A DNA stretch of 64,000 nucleotides from contig NC_043008.1 of assembly GCF_006345805.1 (NCBI RefSeq), forward strand, positions 7,068,001 through 7,132,000. Direction: 5' to 3'. A program made the translations under genes and the position numbers. Shown here piece after piece: positions 26,564 through 41,464 of the stretch. The notes beneath the pieces were generated by a model. The model did not search any database. It had not been told where the DNA came from and worked only from the letters and a program-made list of their open reading frames with translations. The stretch is from Octopus sinensis. Taxonomy: Eukaryota. How positions within the stretch are numbered: position 1 is the first letter of the stretch; each line of letters opens with the position of its first letter.

Positions 26564-26641
26564 CGACCAAGGTGCCACGCAGTGTGACTGAATCCGGAAA
26601 CATGAGGTTGGTAAGCAAGAAATTTACCACACAGCCACTCC
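26564..26641 (-). mobile_element. SINE family B 5' head fragment
   Basis: ccaaggtgccacgcagtgtgactgaatccgg...ggtaagcaag...ccacacagccactcct is the reverse complement of the family B head. Confidence 0.8.
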
Positions 26642-26957
26642 TATATTTTTATATGCATATATATATGTGTGTGTGTGTGTAATATATACATAAATATATA
26701 TGTATGTATGTTTGTGTGTGTGTGTGTTCTGCGTGTGTGTAAGTATTTATTACCTTTAGACTCAACCTTAGACGTATGTCTACATCAGATAGCATAAGTG
26801 AAATTTTAGCTGATGGAGATTCGATCTCTGGTTACGATATGTAATATATTTCATAAAATCTAATGTATATCACACACACACACACATACACATTTTGTGT
26901 GTATTTCTTTTTTTTACCTGTGTGTGTGTGTATGCGTGTGTGCGTATATATATATGT

Positions 26958-26996
<39 letters not shown>

Positions 26997-27186
26997 TGTA
27001 CTGGTGTGTAGGAGACGGTCTGTACGAGTGCAGGCGTTTTCTTTTCTCACACGATTTTTTCTTTGTCTTTGATGTTTGTATCACATTTCTTTATTTTGCT
27101 CTTCCCAGATAAAGAGATATCGATTCCATTTTATTCGATAAAATGTCCAACACAAATGCGATATACTACATACATACACACACCAC

Positions 27187-27218
<32 letters not shown>

Positions 27219-27420
27219 AATGTATGTGTATATATATAAATAAATGTAGTGTATATATATATTATATTATATATATATAAATGTATGTGTATATATATAT
27301 ATATATAAATGTAGTATATATAGTATATATATATATAAATGTATGATATATATATATATATATATATAATGTATGTATATATATATATATATAAACGTAT
27401 GTATATATATATATAAAACG

Positions 27421-27452
<32 letters not shown>

Positions 27453-27464
27453 GTATATATATAT

Positions 27465-27506
<42 letters not shown>

Positions 27507-28199
27507 CATATATATATATGTTATGAGTGGTGAAAAGTGATATGAAATTTTGATGAAATGATGCTTGCTAGTTCCGGGAGCGATCGACGTAGAACTTTTA
27601 CCGCCACAAAGCGAATCTGCACCAAATATCAACAGTATGCAGGTGCTCAGTTCAATCTTTACAATGCTTATTATTCAGGTAAAGGATAATTACATTAAAA
27701 TAATCTGCCAGCAGCTATATGAATATATTTATAGTTGAGAATTTGTAAAATATATTATATGAAATGTTCTATTAAATTATTCATTGCAGTAGTTTGGTAT
27801 GTGATTTCTGAGTTAATCTAGATAAAGGTGGCTACGACCGTGTCTTCTATAATAAAACTATAATACGGGCCAATAAAAAGGATGACACATATCAATTAAA
27901 GATAGGAGCAAATAAACTGAGTTTATACATAAAGACAAAAATATATATTGATGAATTATTGTTGCGAATTATCATAGAAGATTGGCGGTGGTTAGGTGGG
28001 TGAGAATGGAGGTTAAAGATCGGGTAGGGTGAAATTAGAATATATATTGACTGCCATCGAACGTACATGCATGCATGCATACATACATATACATACACAT
28101 ATATATACGTCTTTCTTTCTCTGTGTATACATACATACATACATACATACATACATACATACATACACACATGCATAGACACATGAAAGGATATATATA

Positions 28200-28248
<49 letters not shown>

Positions 28249-28439
28249 TAGATAGATAGATATGCAGAAGTGTTTGTAAATGATTGATTGGTTATCGATA
28301 TAGATGGATGGATACCCAGACAAATAGATTGGAAGTGGAACAATAATGCTTACGTAAACATATTGTGTGTTTGTGTTTCAATACACACACCCCGTCACCT
28401 CCCTTTAAATATATGTGTATATATGAGTGTGTGTGTGTG

Positions 28440-28484
<45 letters not shown>

Positions 28485-29069
28485 CACACACATACACACA
28501 CACGCACATAGCCCCGCCACACACACGCTCTCACACACGTATGTGTAGAAATACTGTGCGTGTTTGTATGCATATATGCTGTACGAGTGTGTGTGTGTGC
28601 GTGTGTGTGTATACGTGGAGAGGAGATATTTAAAGTGAATGAATGGGAGGGAAAGAAAGAAGGGAGGGAGAGGAATAGGGTGAGAAGTGAATACGGGAAA
28701 GAAGAGGGTGGAGGTGGTTGTGTCATGTGAGGGATATGGAAGTTTTGATGATAGTGGCAGTGGTGGTGATAGTGGTGATGGTAGTGGTGGTGTAGTGGAT
28801 GTTGTAGTTGTTGTTGTTGTGGTGGTCGTGGTAATGGCAGTGGGGCTGGTTATGATTGATTTAGAAGTGATGCTGGTTACAATATTCGGTTAACAGTGAT
28901 GGTGAGAGTAGCAAGTTAACGATGGTAGGAGGGAATAGTTATACCGTTATAGGTGACAGGATGTGATAAATGATTGGAACGTACATGAGTGTTTGCGTAT
29001 GTGTATGTATTTGAATGTGTGTGTGTGTGTGTAAGGAAGGATAAGTGAGGTAGAGAGTAGGAGGAGAGT

Positions 29070-29101
<32 letters not shown>

Positions 29102-29419
29102 AGAGAGAAGGAAAGGGTGAATGAAAGTGAGCATGAACGAGAATGAATAGATGCGTCAGGAAATGAATGTGAAATTGAAGCAGTGGAAACTTTGGAAAGA
29201 GAGAACGATGCAAAGATATAAGTTCTCACTCAACAAGGAATATCTGAGACAACGAAGCCAGAACTTTAGAATTTACAGTTCTGTGAAATGGTAACCACAT
29301 ACAAGATATATGAAACAGGTCTAGAAAGCGGCCGCCTCATTGTTATGTTGAGTGCCATCGTAGACGAGGATGTGTATTGACTGACAACGTACGATTGATA
29401 TTCCTGTATTCATCAGTGA

Positions 29420-29535
29420 AGGAGCGTGACCTGGTGGTTAGTGTTTTGCACTCATGATAGCCAGAACATAAGTTCGATTCCCTGACTGGGCGACGTGCTG
29501 TCTTCTTGAGCAAATTATTTCATTTCACGTTGCTT
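29420..29535 (+). mobile_element. SINE family C, decayed 5' part
   Basis: tRNA-like head (gtggttag...aagttcgattccc) followed by ttcttgagcaaa...ttcatttcacgttgct, as in 41465-41796 and 58673-58997. Confidence 0.7.
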
Positions 29536-31196
29536 TAGTGCTGTGTGGGGACTGACATGTCAAAGAATAGATCCAATGTTCATTATTTACATTTGACGGA
29601 TATTTCTCCTCATCTTGTTTGTTGATAATACACTGTTTCGGCTGATATCCCCTCCAGCCTTCATCGGGTGTCTTGGGGACATTTCGAACCTGGGTCTTCA
29701 TCACTAAGGTATTTCGAAGTGATGCTGGTTACTATTGTCAAGCGATGGTGTGTTTGTGTGTTTGTGTTAGTATGCACCACAAGTAAGCACGCATACACAC
29801 ATAGATACATACATATATATATGCATGTGTGTGCATGTGTATATACATACAAATATTATATATATACACACGCGATGCACTTGGGCGTGGTTTATGTCAC
29901 CCAGATTTTAAAAATTATCTCACAAGCTATCGTTAATGCGTGACTGCAGTAGAACACGTTTGCCAATGTGTCACCGGATGGGATCGAACCGAGAAACTCG
30001 TAGCTGATAATTGAAACTTCTTATCATCACAGTCATGTCTACACCTAGAATGTATTGAGCTAATTTAATTAGTTTCCTTAATTCTTTGGTTTGTAGAATT
30101 TTTCTTTTTTTTTTCTTCTTTGTTCTTATATTTGCAATTCTGATTGACAAGCGTCGGAGAAAGAGATTAAAATAAAGAAAAGAAACCACGACAACTTCCT
30201 CTTTAATATTCATTAACAGCAACCGTCTTCCTCAGGCTACTCTGCCAGACAATCAGAGAAGGGCAGTGAAGAGCAATTTACTGCTATATTAACTTGAACT
30301 CTATGGACAATATCTTTATGAAGTCCGCTGTACAAATATTGATTCGTCACAAGACCACACACTTGGTGTGGCCAGCAAAATCGATTCGAACAATCCCGTA
30401 ATATCTGCGTTATATTCTTTTATACGAATACTAAAAGCATAAGACTCCGTTAGGATCTGAACTAAACCGATGTAGAATATAATACGCGAAGGCTTTTATT
30501 TTCCTGTGGTGCACCGGTAGGGCCCCACCCATAATATATTCCTATTCAGCTCAAATATTACACAAAACAATGATCCAAGTTGAATCTATCTGGCTTTGTG
30601 TCTTCCTGGACGGATTGACAGACTAAAGAATAGTCGTATATATATATATCTTTGTTTGTATGTTTATACTTAAGTGGGTATCAATGAATTGTATATGTAT
30701 TGATGTATGTACGTACGTACGTTCGGATGTATAATATAATTAGTATATATGTATATATATAATTATATAGGCGTATGTGTGTATGTTCATGTGTGAGTGT
30801 CTGTATGCTATCAGAGCATTGTAGTACGCTGGTTTCATACTGTACATTAATGTCTGACTGCATTGTCTCCGTGTATCCATATACGTTTCTCACGTTCCGA
30901 CATGCCTGTCTATACGTGTATGAGCGTGTATTGTGTGTGTATATGTGTATTTCTCAATATATACATATGAATGTTAGTGTCTCGGTACATCCATAGCTCT
31001 TCAAGCTTCACTACATGTCTATTCTTGTATAAGAGCGAAAATGTGTTAATATCTGTCTGTCACACTATCTGTGCAGGGAAGTTTAATCAAATTATAGGTT
31101 TTATTTTTTGTTTTCTAATTCTTCTTTGAGGTTCATTTCTGTATCCTATCTGTACACACGACTTCCTCACACTTTCTTCTTGTGTATGTATTCATA

Positions 31197-31248
<52 letters not shown>

Positions 31249-31369
31249 GATTTTTCAGATTTTTCTATATGTTAGGCTACTGGTTTTAAATAAGTACTAA
31301 ATTAATATTAAATTTATCATCCTCGTTATTTAAATTTTAAATTATATATATATATATCTGTGTGTGTGT

Positions 31370-31403
<34 letters not shown>

Positions 31404-31694
31404 TGTATGTATGTATGTATGTATGTATGTATGTATGTGTATGCGTGCTTGTGTTCGTGTATTTACGCACATACACACACCACACTCATACATACACGCG
31501 CACACGTACACACACAAACACATGCAGAGCGGATACGACAGTTCTTCAGACAGGAAAAACAAGCTGGTGTAGAAGACACTCCGGCTGTGATGACCGATGA
31601 CCGAAAATACAAGACTTTCGGGAAATTGGATAACGAGAAGACGGGCGTAATAAATGGCTACTTACTGTACAAGCAAGCACACACACACACGCAC

Positions 31695-31728
<34 letters not shown>

Positions 31729-33100
31729 CACACACAGAGGCGCGCGCACGCATACACAGATATCTTCCACGTCAGCCGATATCAGTGGAGGAACAGAATG
31801 AAATTGTCTGAAAGTGGAGGGCGAGAACTTGTAAATGGTCATTCGTTACTCGCTCTGACATGATATACCAGATAAATGATAAGGACGTCTGTATAGTAGA
31901 CGGGGCATCTGTATAGTAAGGGCACCTCTAGAGTAAGGGTTTCTATTGTAAGGGCACCTCTATGCTGGTGGATGAATGGCTACGAAGTCGTCTGATGGGA
32001 GGTGATATCGTTAATTAATCTAGTAAATGTTCTGTCCAATTAAAATTAGTAGAACATATTATTTGTAATCTGTAGCCCGATAATTAGGCCATGCGCTTTA
32101 CATACATGCTTACACAAACATGTATATACATGCATATTTGTGTGTGTTTGTGTGAGTGTGTATATGCTTATATGTGTTTGCTTGAGTGTCTTTACATCTA
32201 TACCATAGCCCTATCTTGTTTCCCATAATTCTTTAACAGTAAATTTATTTGCGTTTATATATATATATATGCATATATGTATGTATGTATATATATATAT
32301 ATATTCCTGTCACACTAATTGCATATTATTAGAGTTGTTTTGAAGCCTATCTCCCTTACTTTCTTATTCTTTTACTGGTTTGAGAGACTAGACAACGAAT
32401 ATGCTGTGACACCGCGCTGAAGGATACTTTTGGTCAATCAAATGAACCTCAGTACTTATTTTAAGTTTCCTAAATACATAATCAGTTTTGTTTGGCCCTC
32501 AATCCCAAAGAGTTCACCTGTATCGTTCGGCTCTTCGGCTCCTTCGTCTCCTGTCTTTTTATATAAAACCTTTTGCTTGGTGAATCATCTACCCTTAAAA
32601 TTGAGCCCTCATAATATTTTCCCTTGTCAAATGAAAGCTTAAATTTGCGAAACCTAACGTCCAACAGCTTTTGCTGCAAACAACCAATGTTCTGAACTTT
32701 TTATTAACACCACACACCATCGCGAATTGCCAGATTTGATTCTATTTTGATACGACATTAATGAAGCAATATTTTGCTGCTATATTTGGAATTCTTTATA
32801 CAAAACTCGTGGTTTAAATTCTGGTGGCTTAGTGAATCGGTTGCTTAAATGTTGATATGTCAACATTGGGTCACGTCTGTAGACATATGGTTGCATATTC
32901 CCGATATAATTCAGAAATTGATTCAAATAAATATGCAAACGTGATTGATTTATTGAAATATGATGCAGAGCTGTTATGAGTTGGAGATTCAGTTTCTGAA
33001 TTGATTAAGATATTAAAATAAAAAAATGCATGAAACGTTATATGTTTTAAAGCATGGAGATATGTATCTATGTATGTATGTATCTATCTATATTTATAAT

Positions 33101-33144
<44 letters not shown>

Positions 33145-33340
33145 ATTATTATAATATATATATAGATATATGTAATATGTATGTATACACACACACACAC
33201 ATATATTATATATATAGAGCGAGAGAGAGAGAGAGAAGAGAAGAGAGAGAGTATGTGTGTTGTGTGATGATTTTATGAGAGCCAGTGTGCTTGTTGTTTT
33301 ATTTCCATGTATGTGTGAGTTTGTGTATATGTGTGAAGAT

Positions 33341-33960
33341 AACGAGAGGGTTGAAGTGGGAATAATTCAAAAGCGAACATAAATTCTTTTCCACGTGATG
33401 AACATAGTTCAAACTGCGCATGTCTGTAGCGTTTTATGCGTTTTAATCTCTATGACGAGCAATGCATTAGCGCTACATTGACCCAGTTCACAAAACTTCT
33501 TTGAAGAAATTCAGACGTTAACTGTGTAACCACTTCTTTACAGCAAGATTCTCTCCATCTGTGCCATTGAATTGTTGTCTCTGAAGACAAGCGTTTGGCA
33601 GTCAGAGGGTACCAAATACGAGTTGAACGGTAAATGGGAACTGGCGTCGGCCTAACTTGCCGATTGCTGAATTTGTTGTCAATGATGTATGTGGTCGCAC
33701 ATTGTCATCACAAACAAAGTTCTTGTACAGTGTCTTCCTCCACATGGATTCTCCAAAGCATCTAGAGTGTCTCACAATACGCCGCGCTTTGCAGGGTACA
33801 ACCGCGTTCCAGAAAACAAAGGAGGAGGACATCTTTGTTGCCCTCCAATACAGGAACATGGAGAAGAGATACGGTCCGTTCCATGGATTAACTCAACATT
33901 TCAAGACCAACCAGATATTACCACATATCCTCCTCTGTCGCCAGATCGAAGAAAATAACC
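33341..33960 (-). mobile_element. Decayed mariner (DD34D-type) transposase fragment
   Basis: Minus-strand frames give VFW, AAYCETL, DDNVRPHTSLTTNSAIGKLG (HDNARPH motif), HLPFNSYLVPSDC (degenerate HPPYSPDLAPSD) and AVKKWLH. There are several stops and frameshifts. Confidence 0.7.
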
Positions 33961-35812
33961 TATGATGATAGACTTTAAACGCATCCAAAAAATCAGAGCA
34001 GATTGCCTCTTTCTCGCTATCAAATCAGGAATCAACTGCCGAAAACCCTACTTCACCAGTTATCAGCTGGTAGGGGATATATTAGACTGATATATGTTCC
34101 AGGTTCAAGATGTTTAGACGTAGATATCATGTCAGGTAAAACAGAAATCGTAATCTAATGTTTGAGTAGATATGAAAACTAGTAATTAATGCAATTTGAA
34201 TGGAAGTTACAGGGAGGGGGCGTTTAACTTGATCCAGGAGCTAGAATGTGATATAAGTTTGTAGAAACTGTTTAAAGATATGGGAGTGAAGAGAACAAAT
34301 ATTGGCAATTAACTGAAAGTCTTCAATTTAGTAATTGGAAAAATATTGCAAACTATATTTGGGCATATTATATTCTAAAATTCTGCAAGTACAATGCTTT
34401 GTGGAGAAGAATTGTATTACTACTCATATGCACATGATAAGTACTGTACATACACCCACATAAATACACACACACACACACAATTACACATATATACACA
34501 TATTCATACACATCTATCTATATATATATAAAAGTTTGGTTTTGGAAGGAAGATGATTAAGTGCGATCCATTTGGCGAATAGTAACAATATCTATTGAAT
34601 TTTATGGCGGAGAAAGTTTGATCCATCGTGTAAAGAAATAACGAAATATAGAAATGAATGAATGCAGTTAGTTGAGTGTGTGGTTATTATAGATAAGAAA
34701 TATGCAAACATAATAGTCTATTTTGATCGTGTGCTAAAGAATATATGGGCGTAATCCATGGGATGATAGGAAGAGGAAGAAGAATTTCAAACACAACCAG
34801 TCTATTGTAATGGTATGGAGGGAAGAATTATGATTATGTTGCTGGAACGGTTTAGATAAAATGTTAAAAAAATAAAGAAGAAGAATCCATTTTCTTGGAG
34901 AAAGCAAAATTAATAAAAAAAAAAAAAAAAAGTAATAACTGAATGAAATCCAACTGTGTCAGAGAGAAGGACAATTGGAAGGGGATCTGTTGGTTGGTGC
35001 TGACAAGAAATCTTACAATGGAAAATATTTGTTTGCTTGGAAAGCAAATCATTTAGTATAGATTGAGAGAAAAATAAGGTTCCTAATGTTTGTTAAGGAT
35101 GGGGGTAATAGGAAGAGCGAATTTGTGAAGATAGATGCTTGGAGGGGGAAAATAGTTTCGGGTATTTGTTCGAAATCTTTAAAAAAAATAAACTCTTTTG
35201 TGATTTTGCTGTAAAAGCGGAAATTTCAACATAAAGGAATAAAAACTACAACACTTCATTGTCTAAAAGCAGCAGCTAATTAACTGAGATTAATTAAGGG
35301 ATTAATTTATTTCGCGCATGATAAAGACGTTTTATTCCTCACTTGATGCTACAAATTTCCCAAAGCCTTTATCAAAACCAGTGACGCAAAGCGGTTGTGA
35401 TCAGAGCACGAAACCGTTGATGGGAATTTGAGTAGCTTTGAACGTACCGCTGGCCAACGTCTCACGCCTTATTTAATCGACTATCAAAGATTCAGGACAC
35501 CTTTTAACTTGTACAAGTAATTTATTAAACATTACAAGATTTAATAATCCCCACACGCTTACACCAACACCACTGCTATCATCACCACCACCACCACCAC
35601 CATCACCACCACCATTGCCACCATAACTCCTTCCACTACTGCCACTATACTCCTCCCCATCCTATTCCTCACACAAACACACACACACGTATGCTTCTTA
35701 CATAAAAGTGGATGACTACACAAACATGACCGACGCCGTGCACCTCGTCCTGGATAAAAGATACGGAGTTTAAGCTCAAATCAATTTAAGCGCTAGTACG
35801 GGTTTTCTATGT

Positions 35813-36116
35813 GGAGGCGCAATGGCCCATTGGTTAGAGCAGCGGACTCGCGGTCGGAGTATCGCGGTTTCGATTCCCATACCGGGCGTTGTGTGTGTTC
35901 ATTGAGCGAAAGCACCTAAAAGCTCCACGAGGGGATGGTGGTGACCCCTGTTGTACTCTTTCGTCACAACTTACTCTCTCTCTCTCTCTCTCTCTTCCTG
36001 TTTCTTGAGTAACGCTGCGATGGACTGGCGTCCCGTCCAGCTGGGGGGGGGGGGGGGCATACGCCACAGAAACCGGAAAACTGGGCCCAAGAGCCTGGCT
36101 AGGCTTGAAAAGGGCG
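35813..36116 (+). mobile_element. tRNA-derived SINE family D
   Basis: Head ggaggcgcaatggcccattggttagagc...ggtttcgattccc and internal (CT)n. The central gctgcgatggactggcgtcccgtccag resembles conserved central domains of widespread metazoan SINE superfamilies; the exact superfamily is not determined. Confidence 0.8.
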
Positions 36117-36199
36117 ACGTTTATCATTTTTACGTGTTTTCTATACTGAGCATATCTAGCTCTCACCTATTTTCTGTCCGTCTCTGTCTCTCTGTCTCT

Positions 36200-36310
<111 letters not shown>

Positions 36311-37194
36311 ATACAAACACATACGCACACACAAGCACATACTCACAGGCGTGTATACTATCTATTGTATGATTGAAGTTCTACGTATTGTATACGGCTT
36401 CACTCCAAATGCAGTTCTGTATATTGACAATCTCAGTCTCCTAATTAATAATAACCACGTCAGGCCACATTTAATTAGACAAGAATCTACCCTTAAACTA
36501 TTTGGTCATTTGTCGTAATTCAAGAAATGAATGATTAGTAACAATTTTGTTTGAAATTCTGTTTCATTTTGAAGAATCTTTCACGGAAACTTTTCTATTG
36601 TTGCAACAGGTCAATCTTGGTAAGACAGGAGCAGATGCAATGTTTCTGATGAAGTAGATTATTCACAGAAGAGAATAAAATATCTGAACGGTCATCCACG
36701 ATCTCATTGTAAACTTGTACACTGACCTTCTCAAATATCGTTGGAGAATGATAGAAATTCGTAGGCAAGAATACCGTAACAAAATGCAGTAATTATAGAG
36801 TAGATTAAAATATTTCTGCAACAAGCAATAATATAAAAAAACAGAAATGTCTGAAGGCCGCTAAAATATGAAGGAGAAATTGATCTTATATTTTATTTTA
36901 TTCTATTTTGAACTTCGGTATTCATTTCGAGAAAGCGTCTCTGGTGGATCTATATCATGCAATGCCAGCGGGGGACTAGCTACTGACGGAGTTCAGTTAT
37001 GCAGAAATACGTATATAGCGATACCACCCACGCTGATGCTCGATTTTCGTCCCTTGCTGATATATTCCTGGAGTTTTTAATACAATAAGTCTATAGAGTG
37101 TAATTTAACCGATTCCAACAACGACATCAACAACAGCAGCAACGATTAACCACTTTAGGATTGATAAACAGATGTGGATAAATATCTACATCAT

Positions 37195-37392
37195 ACCTTG
37201 TGAGTGAATTTGGTAGACGGCCAGTGAAAGAAGCCCATCGTGGGGGTATTTGTGTCCCCTTCGTAAATATATAAGGACATAGGAAATGTGTTAAGGCGCC
37301 GACAGGAAGCGTCGATGCTTGCTAGGGCTAAACAGCGGTGGTGTAATTCCCTTACAGGACTGTCATGTTAAGTTGACAGTATACAACCACTA

Positions 37393-37434
<42 letters not shown>

Positions 37435-37450
37435 ATTCATATATATATTC

Positions 37451-37484
<34 letters not shown>

Positions 37485-37775
37485 TATAAATGTATATGTA
37501 TATATATATATGTGTGTGTGTGTTTGTGTGTGTGTGTATACATACACGCTCTTGTGTGCCTTTGTCCCCCCGTTTGTTCCCCCACCACTGCTTTATAAAC
37601 GGTGTCGGTGTGTTTACATGCGCGTAACTTAGTGGTTCGACCAAAGTGTCCGATAGAATATGTACCAGGCTTTAAAAACAATTAAGTTCTGGGAGTAGAT
37701 TCGTTCGACTACAATTCCTCCAGGGCGATGCCCCATCATGACCGCAGTCACATGACCGAGACAATAAAAATGAAA
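37195..37775 (+). mobile_element. SINE family B, decayed and interrupted
   Basis: 5' piece ccttgtgagtgaatttggtagacgg...gaaagaagccc (about 37197-37245) and 3' piece gtaacttagtggttcg...ccgatagaat...gaccgcagtcacatgaccgagac (about 37560-37775). Confidence 0.65.
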
Positions 37776-38146
37776 GACAAACAATACAGAGAACAGCAAG
37801 TATATATCAATAATATAATAATATGTTGCGTAGGCTTAACAAGCTCTAGACAAACACTCGGTTACATAAATGCACAAAGCACAAAGAAAGTCATTTCAAG
37901 TTTATATTTCCTAGAAGTATTCACGTCCGCACACACGCATAGATACATAACGATTTATAAAAAAAAAAATCAATTTAGCGTTGTACATATATCTACCCGC
38001 GAACCAACCAAGCTACCTATATATCTGCGTAATACATAAACGTATAGCTACAGAACAGTACTGTGATCGTCGTCTGCTTGTATATGTATATATGTATGTG
38101 TGTATACAGAGAGAGAGAGAGGGGGGGAAGAGAACGATATAATATA

Positions 38147-38182
<36 letters not shown>

Positions 38183-38660
38183 GGAGTCGACGGATACGTT
38201 GACATATTGGGGTAAATTACTAGAAAAATATTGTATCTATCTATCTATCTATCTATCAATCTATCTTCCTATCTATCTATCTATCTATCTGTCTATATAT
38301 CTATCGATATATATACATATATATGTGTGTGTGTGTGTGTGTGTGTATCGTCACACATAGACACACACACGCACACAAACACACACGCATACGCACACGT
38401 GCGCATATACAGTCAGAAAGAGCAAGAGAGTGAGTGAGAGGGAGAAGTGGATGTATAGATAACTACTATATACACACATGCCTTTATACCACCCTACCTA
38501 CACATATAGTTTACACACGTTTTATACTGCATTCCATACGAACACCCGTTATAGAGGAACACCTAACGAAACTGTAGACTGCTTTAAGTCATATAAGCAG
38601 CAAATATAGACCTGCACGCACGCGCATATCACACTGACAAGTACCCACAGCTTTGTACAC

Positions 38661-38706
<46 letters not shown>

Positions 38707-39016
38707 ATGTGTGTGCGTGTGTAGAGGACGTCACCAACAGTAAACGACATGAAATACAGAAACAAACGACTTCAAAGCGCAAAGAACGAGAGAAACAAAT
38801 GGAAAAGAGGACAAGTAACATAAAGAACGACCCTTCGTCAGTTGTCGGCTGTCTGTCTGCTCGTCATTTCGAGCAACGAAAGGCAATATGAGTCTTCGAA
38901 GGGAGTTGCTCCCACAAGTAACAAAATACAATTTGGGATTTATGGAGGGTCAAAGTTAGGAATAAAAACAGGACGGTGGGGACATACAAGGAAAGCGATA
39001 CATACATACATACATG

Positions 39017-39048
<32 letters not shown>

Positions 39049-39417
39049 CATACATAGATACATACATACATCCCAACCTTGGGATAATAAAAGAAAAATT
39101 TTTTTTTCGTTCTTTTTCTTTTAGTCATTTGACTGCGGCCATACTGGAGCACAGCCTTATTAGTAGAACAAATCGCCTTATTCTTTACATATGACTTCAC
39201 TAAATTTCCTGCCACATGGTCATCGCTATTTGAGCCAAATGAATGTTTGTCCCACATCAACTTTTGTAAGGTTTAGTGATCATTCCACTTTCTGAATCAA
39301 CGCTGGCCATCAAGTAAGAATATGAATAAATACCTTTAAACTATCACATACACCCACATACAATTGATATGTGTGTATGTGTGTCCCCTTGGTCGGTTCC
39401 TAACTATTTCTCTAGAC

Positions 39418-39617
39418 CAGTGCTTTTCAAACTTTTTGCTGGAGCGGAACCCCAAGGAAACATTCCACGGGCTCGAGGAACCCTGTGCAATAATTTAATA
39501 GTCTTATGCACACATATATGCACAGGAAACTTAAAAATTACTGCCGATTTTAGCAGTTTTGTAACTTCTTGCGGAACCCCTGGACTGTACTGGCGGAACC
39601 CTGGTTGAAAACCACTG
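39418..39617. mobile_element. hAT (Charlie-like) MITE, 200 bp
   Basis: TIRs cagtgcttttcaa / ttgaaaaccactg (12/13). Perfect 8-bp TSD ctctagac at 39410-39417 and 39618-39625, matching the NTCTAGAN target preference of Charlie-type hATs. Confidence 0.93.
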
Positions 39618-40468
39618 CTCTAGACCAATCAAATATAGGGAAACTTCCTGAGAAACCATAAAACTCCTATACATTAAAAAGGTGCAATGATATGTTTAAT
39701 ACATTAAGTTTAATCGGTTGACAGTATATTTCAATTATGTTGGATTGAAGTTGAAAATATTATACATGCGATCAACGTCTATCTTAGAATTCCAAAATAT
39801 CGTTATAGTACAAACTTAGTTTTTGGAATAAACTTCTGACGTGGCACTTGAAACGGTCGCGAGTCCAAAGTAATCTACGCATCTTGTGCATCAATGTATA
39901 TATTTTTCTATAAATACATGTGTGTATGTATGTCTGCATGTTCCGTATGTTGTTTTTAAGTCTTCAAATTGTTCTTTGAACAAAGGAACTTGTAACTACC
40001 AGGTAGAGAAAACTTAAGCGTAGGAATTTAGACCACAAAAACGTTGAGATTTCAATGTTGAAGTTTAGAAATTGCTTCCACATTATTAACTGTCACGCTT
40101 TCATAAAGTTCATGCTCTTTGGTGACCTCATTCCATAAAAATTCGAGATCTTCTAGATTGTGATTAAGAACTTTTAATCACAGCCAAGTGCAGCAATGAT
40201 TTTTTTGGCATATATATATATATGTGTGAATTTATCTTTTTTGTGCTCTGTTTTTCTATGTCTGCCTGCCTGACTCCCTGCCTGTCTGTCTATCTATCTA
40301 CCAATCTAAACACTCATACACACACTCAGAAATACATACATGCATACATACATACATACATATATATATATACATACACATACATAAGCATACATAAGCA
40401 TACATGTATGCACATATGTGTGAATACGTGCGTTAGTGAGTGTATACATGTACGCACATACACACACC

Positions 40469-40514
<46 letters not shown>

Positions 40515-40827
40515 CATAAACGTTTGCATATAAGCTGCTATCAATTTCATATTTTCTCAAGTCAGTGTGTGAGGTCAATATAATTTAATCCAACATAATT
40601 CTTTGTCGATAACATTCAAATCTCAGATGTTTCAGCTACAAATATTTTGCTGTGAATTCAGCAAATTTCAAGATGAAGCCGTTTGCTGTTTCTTAGATGA
40701 ACTCATAGATGTGTGCATGTGTGTTATATATATAACATAGACACAACACATATATACATATACATACATTCATACATCATATATATGTATTTGCGTGTCT
40801 ATGTATTATATATTGTGTATATGTTCT

Positions 40828-41030
40828 TTTTATTCTTTTTACTTGTTTCAGTCATTCGGCTGCGGCCATGCTGGAGCACTGACTTTAGCCGAACAAATCG
40901 ACCCCAGGACTTATACTTTGTAAGCCGAGTTCTTATGCTATCGGCATCGTTAGCCGAACCGCTAATGTTCCGGAAACGTAAACGCACCAACATCTTTGTC
41001 AAGCGATCGGCGGGGGGGGGGACAACACAC
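40828..41030 (-). mobile_element. SINE family B 3' half (duplicated at 42645-42845)
   Basis: cttttacttgtttcagtcattcggctgcggccatgctggagcac...aatcgaccccaggacttat is the reverse complement of the family B 3' end. Confidence 0.85.
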
Positions 41031-41464
41031 ATGCATACATACATAATATTATATAGCTATATATATGTTCTTGCCAATTCGTCTAATTCTTAAATGAGTA
41101 GGCACAACTACTACTACTACTACTACTACTGGTACCACGTTTTTAATAAACTTAAGGCGATAATTAACTAAATTATTAAAGTCGGTATTTAGTTATCGCG
41201 CTTTGGAACTCTGTTAGGAATTTTTTTACGTTACCATATCTGATCCCGCTCAGCGTAAGTTACCATTCCATCATGAGAATCGATGAAAGAATGCATAAAT
41301 CAAGTTTGTAGGATCGGTATACAATCCCACCCTTAAGTATCTTCAACAAATTTGATTTCCGACAAGTTGTTAGATGTGGCCCACACACGGCGTACGCGCC
41401 TATATTGAAAATATTGCTTTTGTTTAATGATGGCCACTGCCGCCCTACCCCACCTTCCAGTCAA

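Noticed and set aside
31516-31660. Protein-like frame ERIRQFFRQEKQAGVEDTPAVMTDDRKYKTFGKLDNEKTGVINGY between (CA)n tracts
   Set aside because: About 50 codons, weak splice signals and no recognisable domain; expected by chance.
35813-35885. tRNA-like sequences (also the reverse complement of 58925-58997, and 41465-41530)
   Set aside because: These are SINE heads with A/B boxes but no complete cloverleaf, and they continue into SINE bodies.
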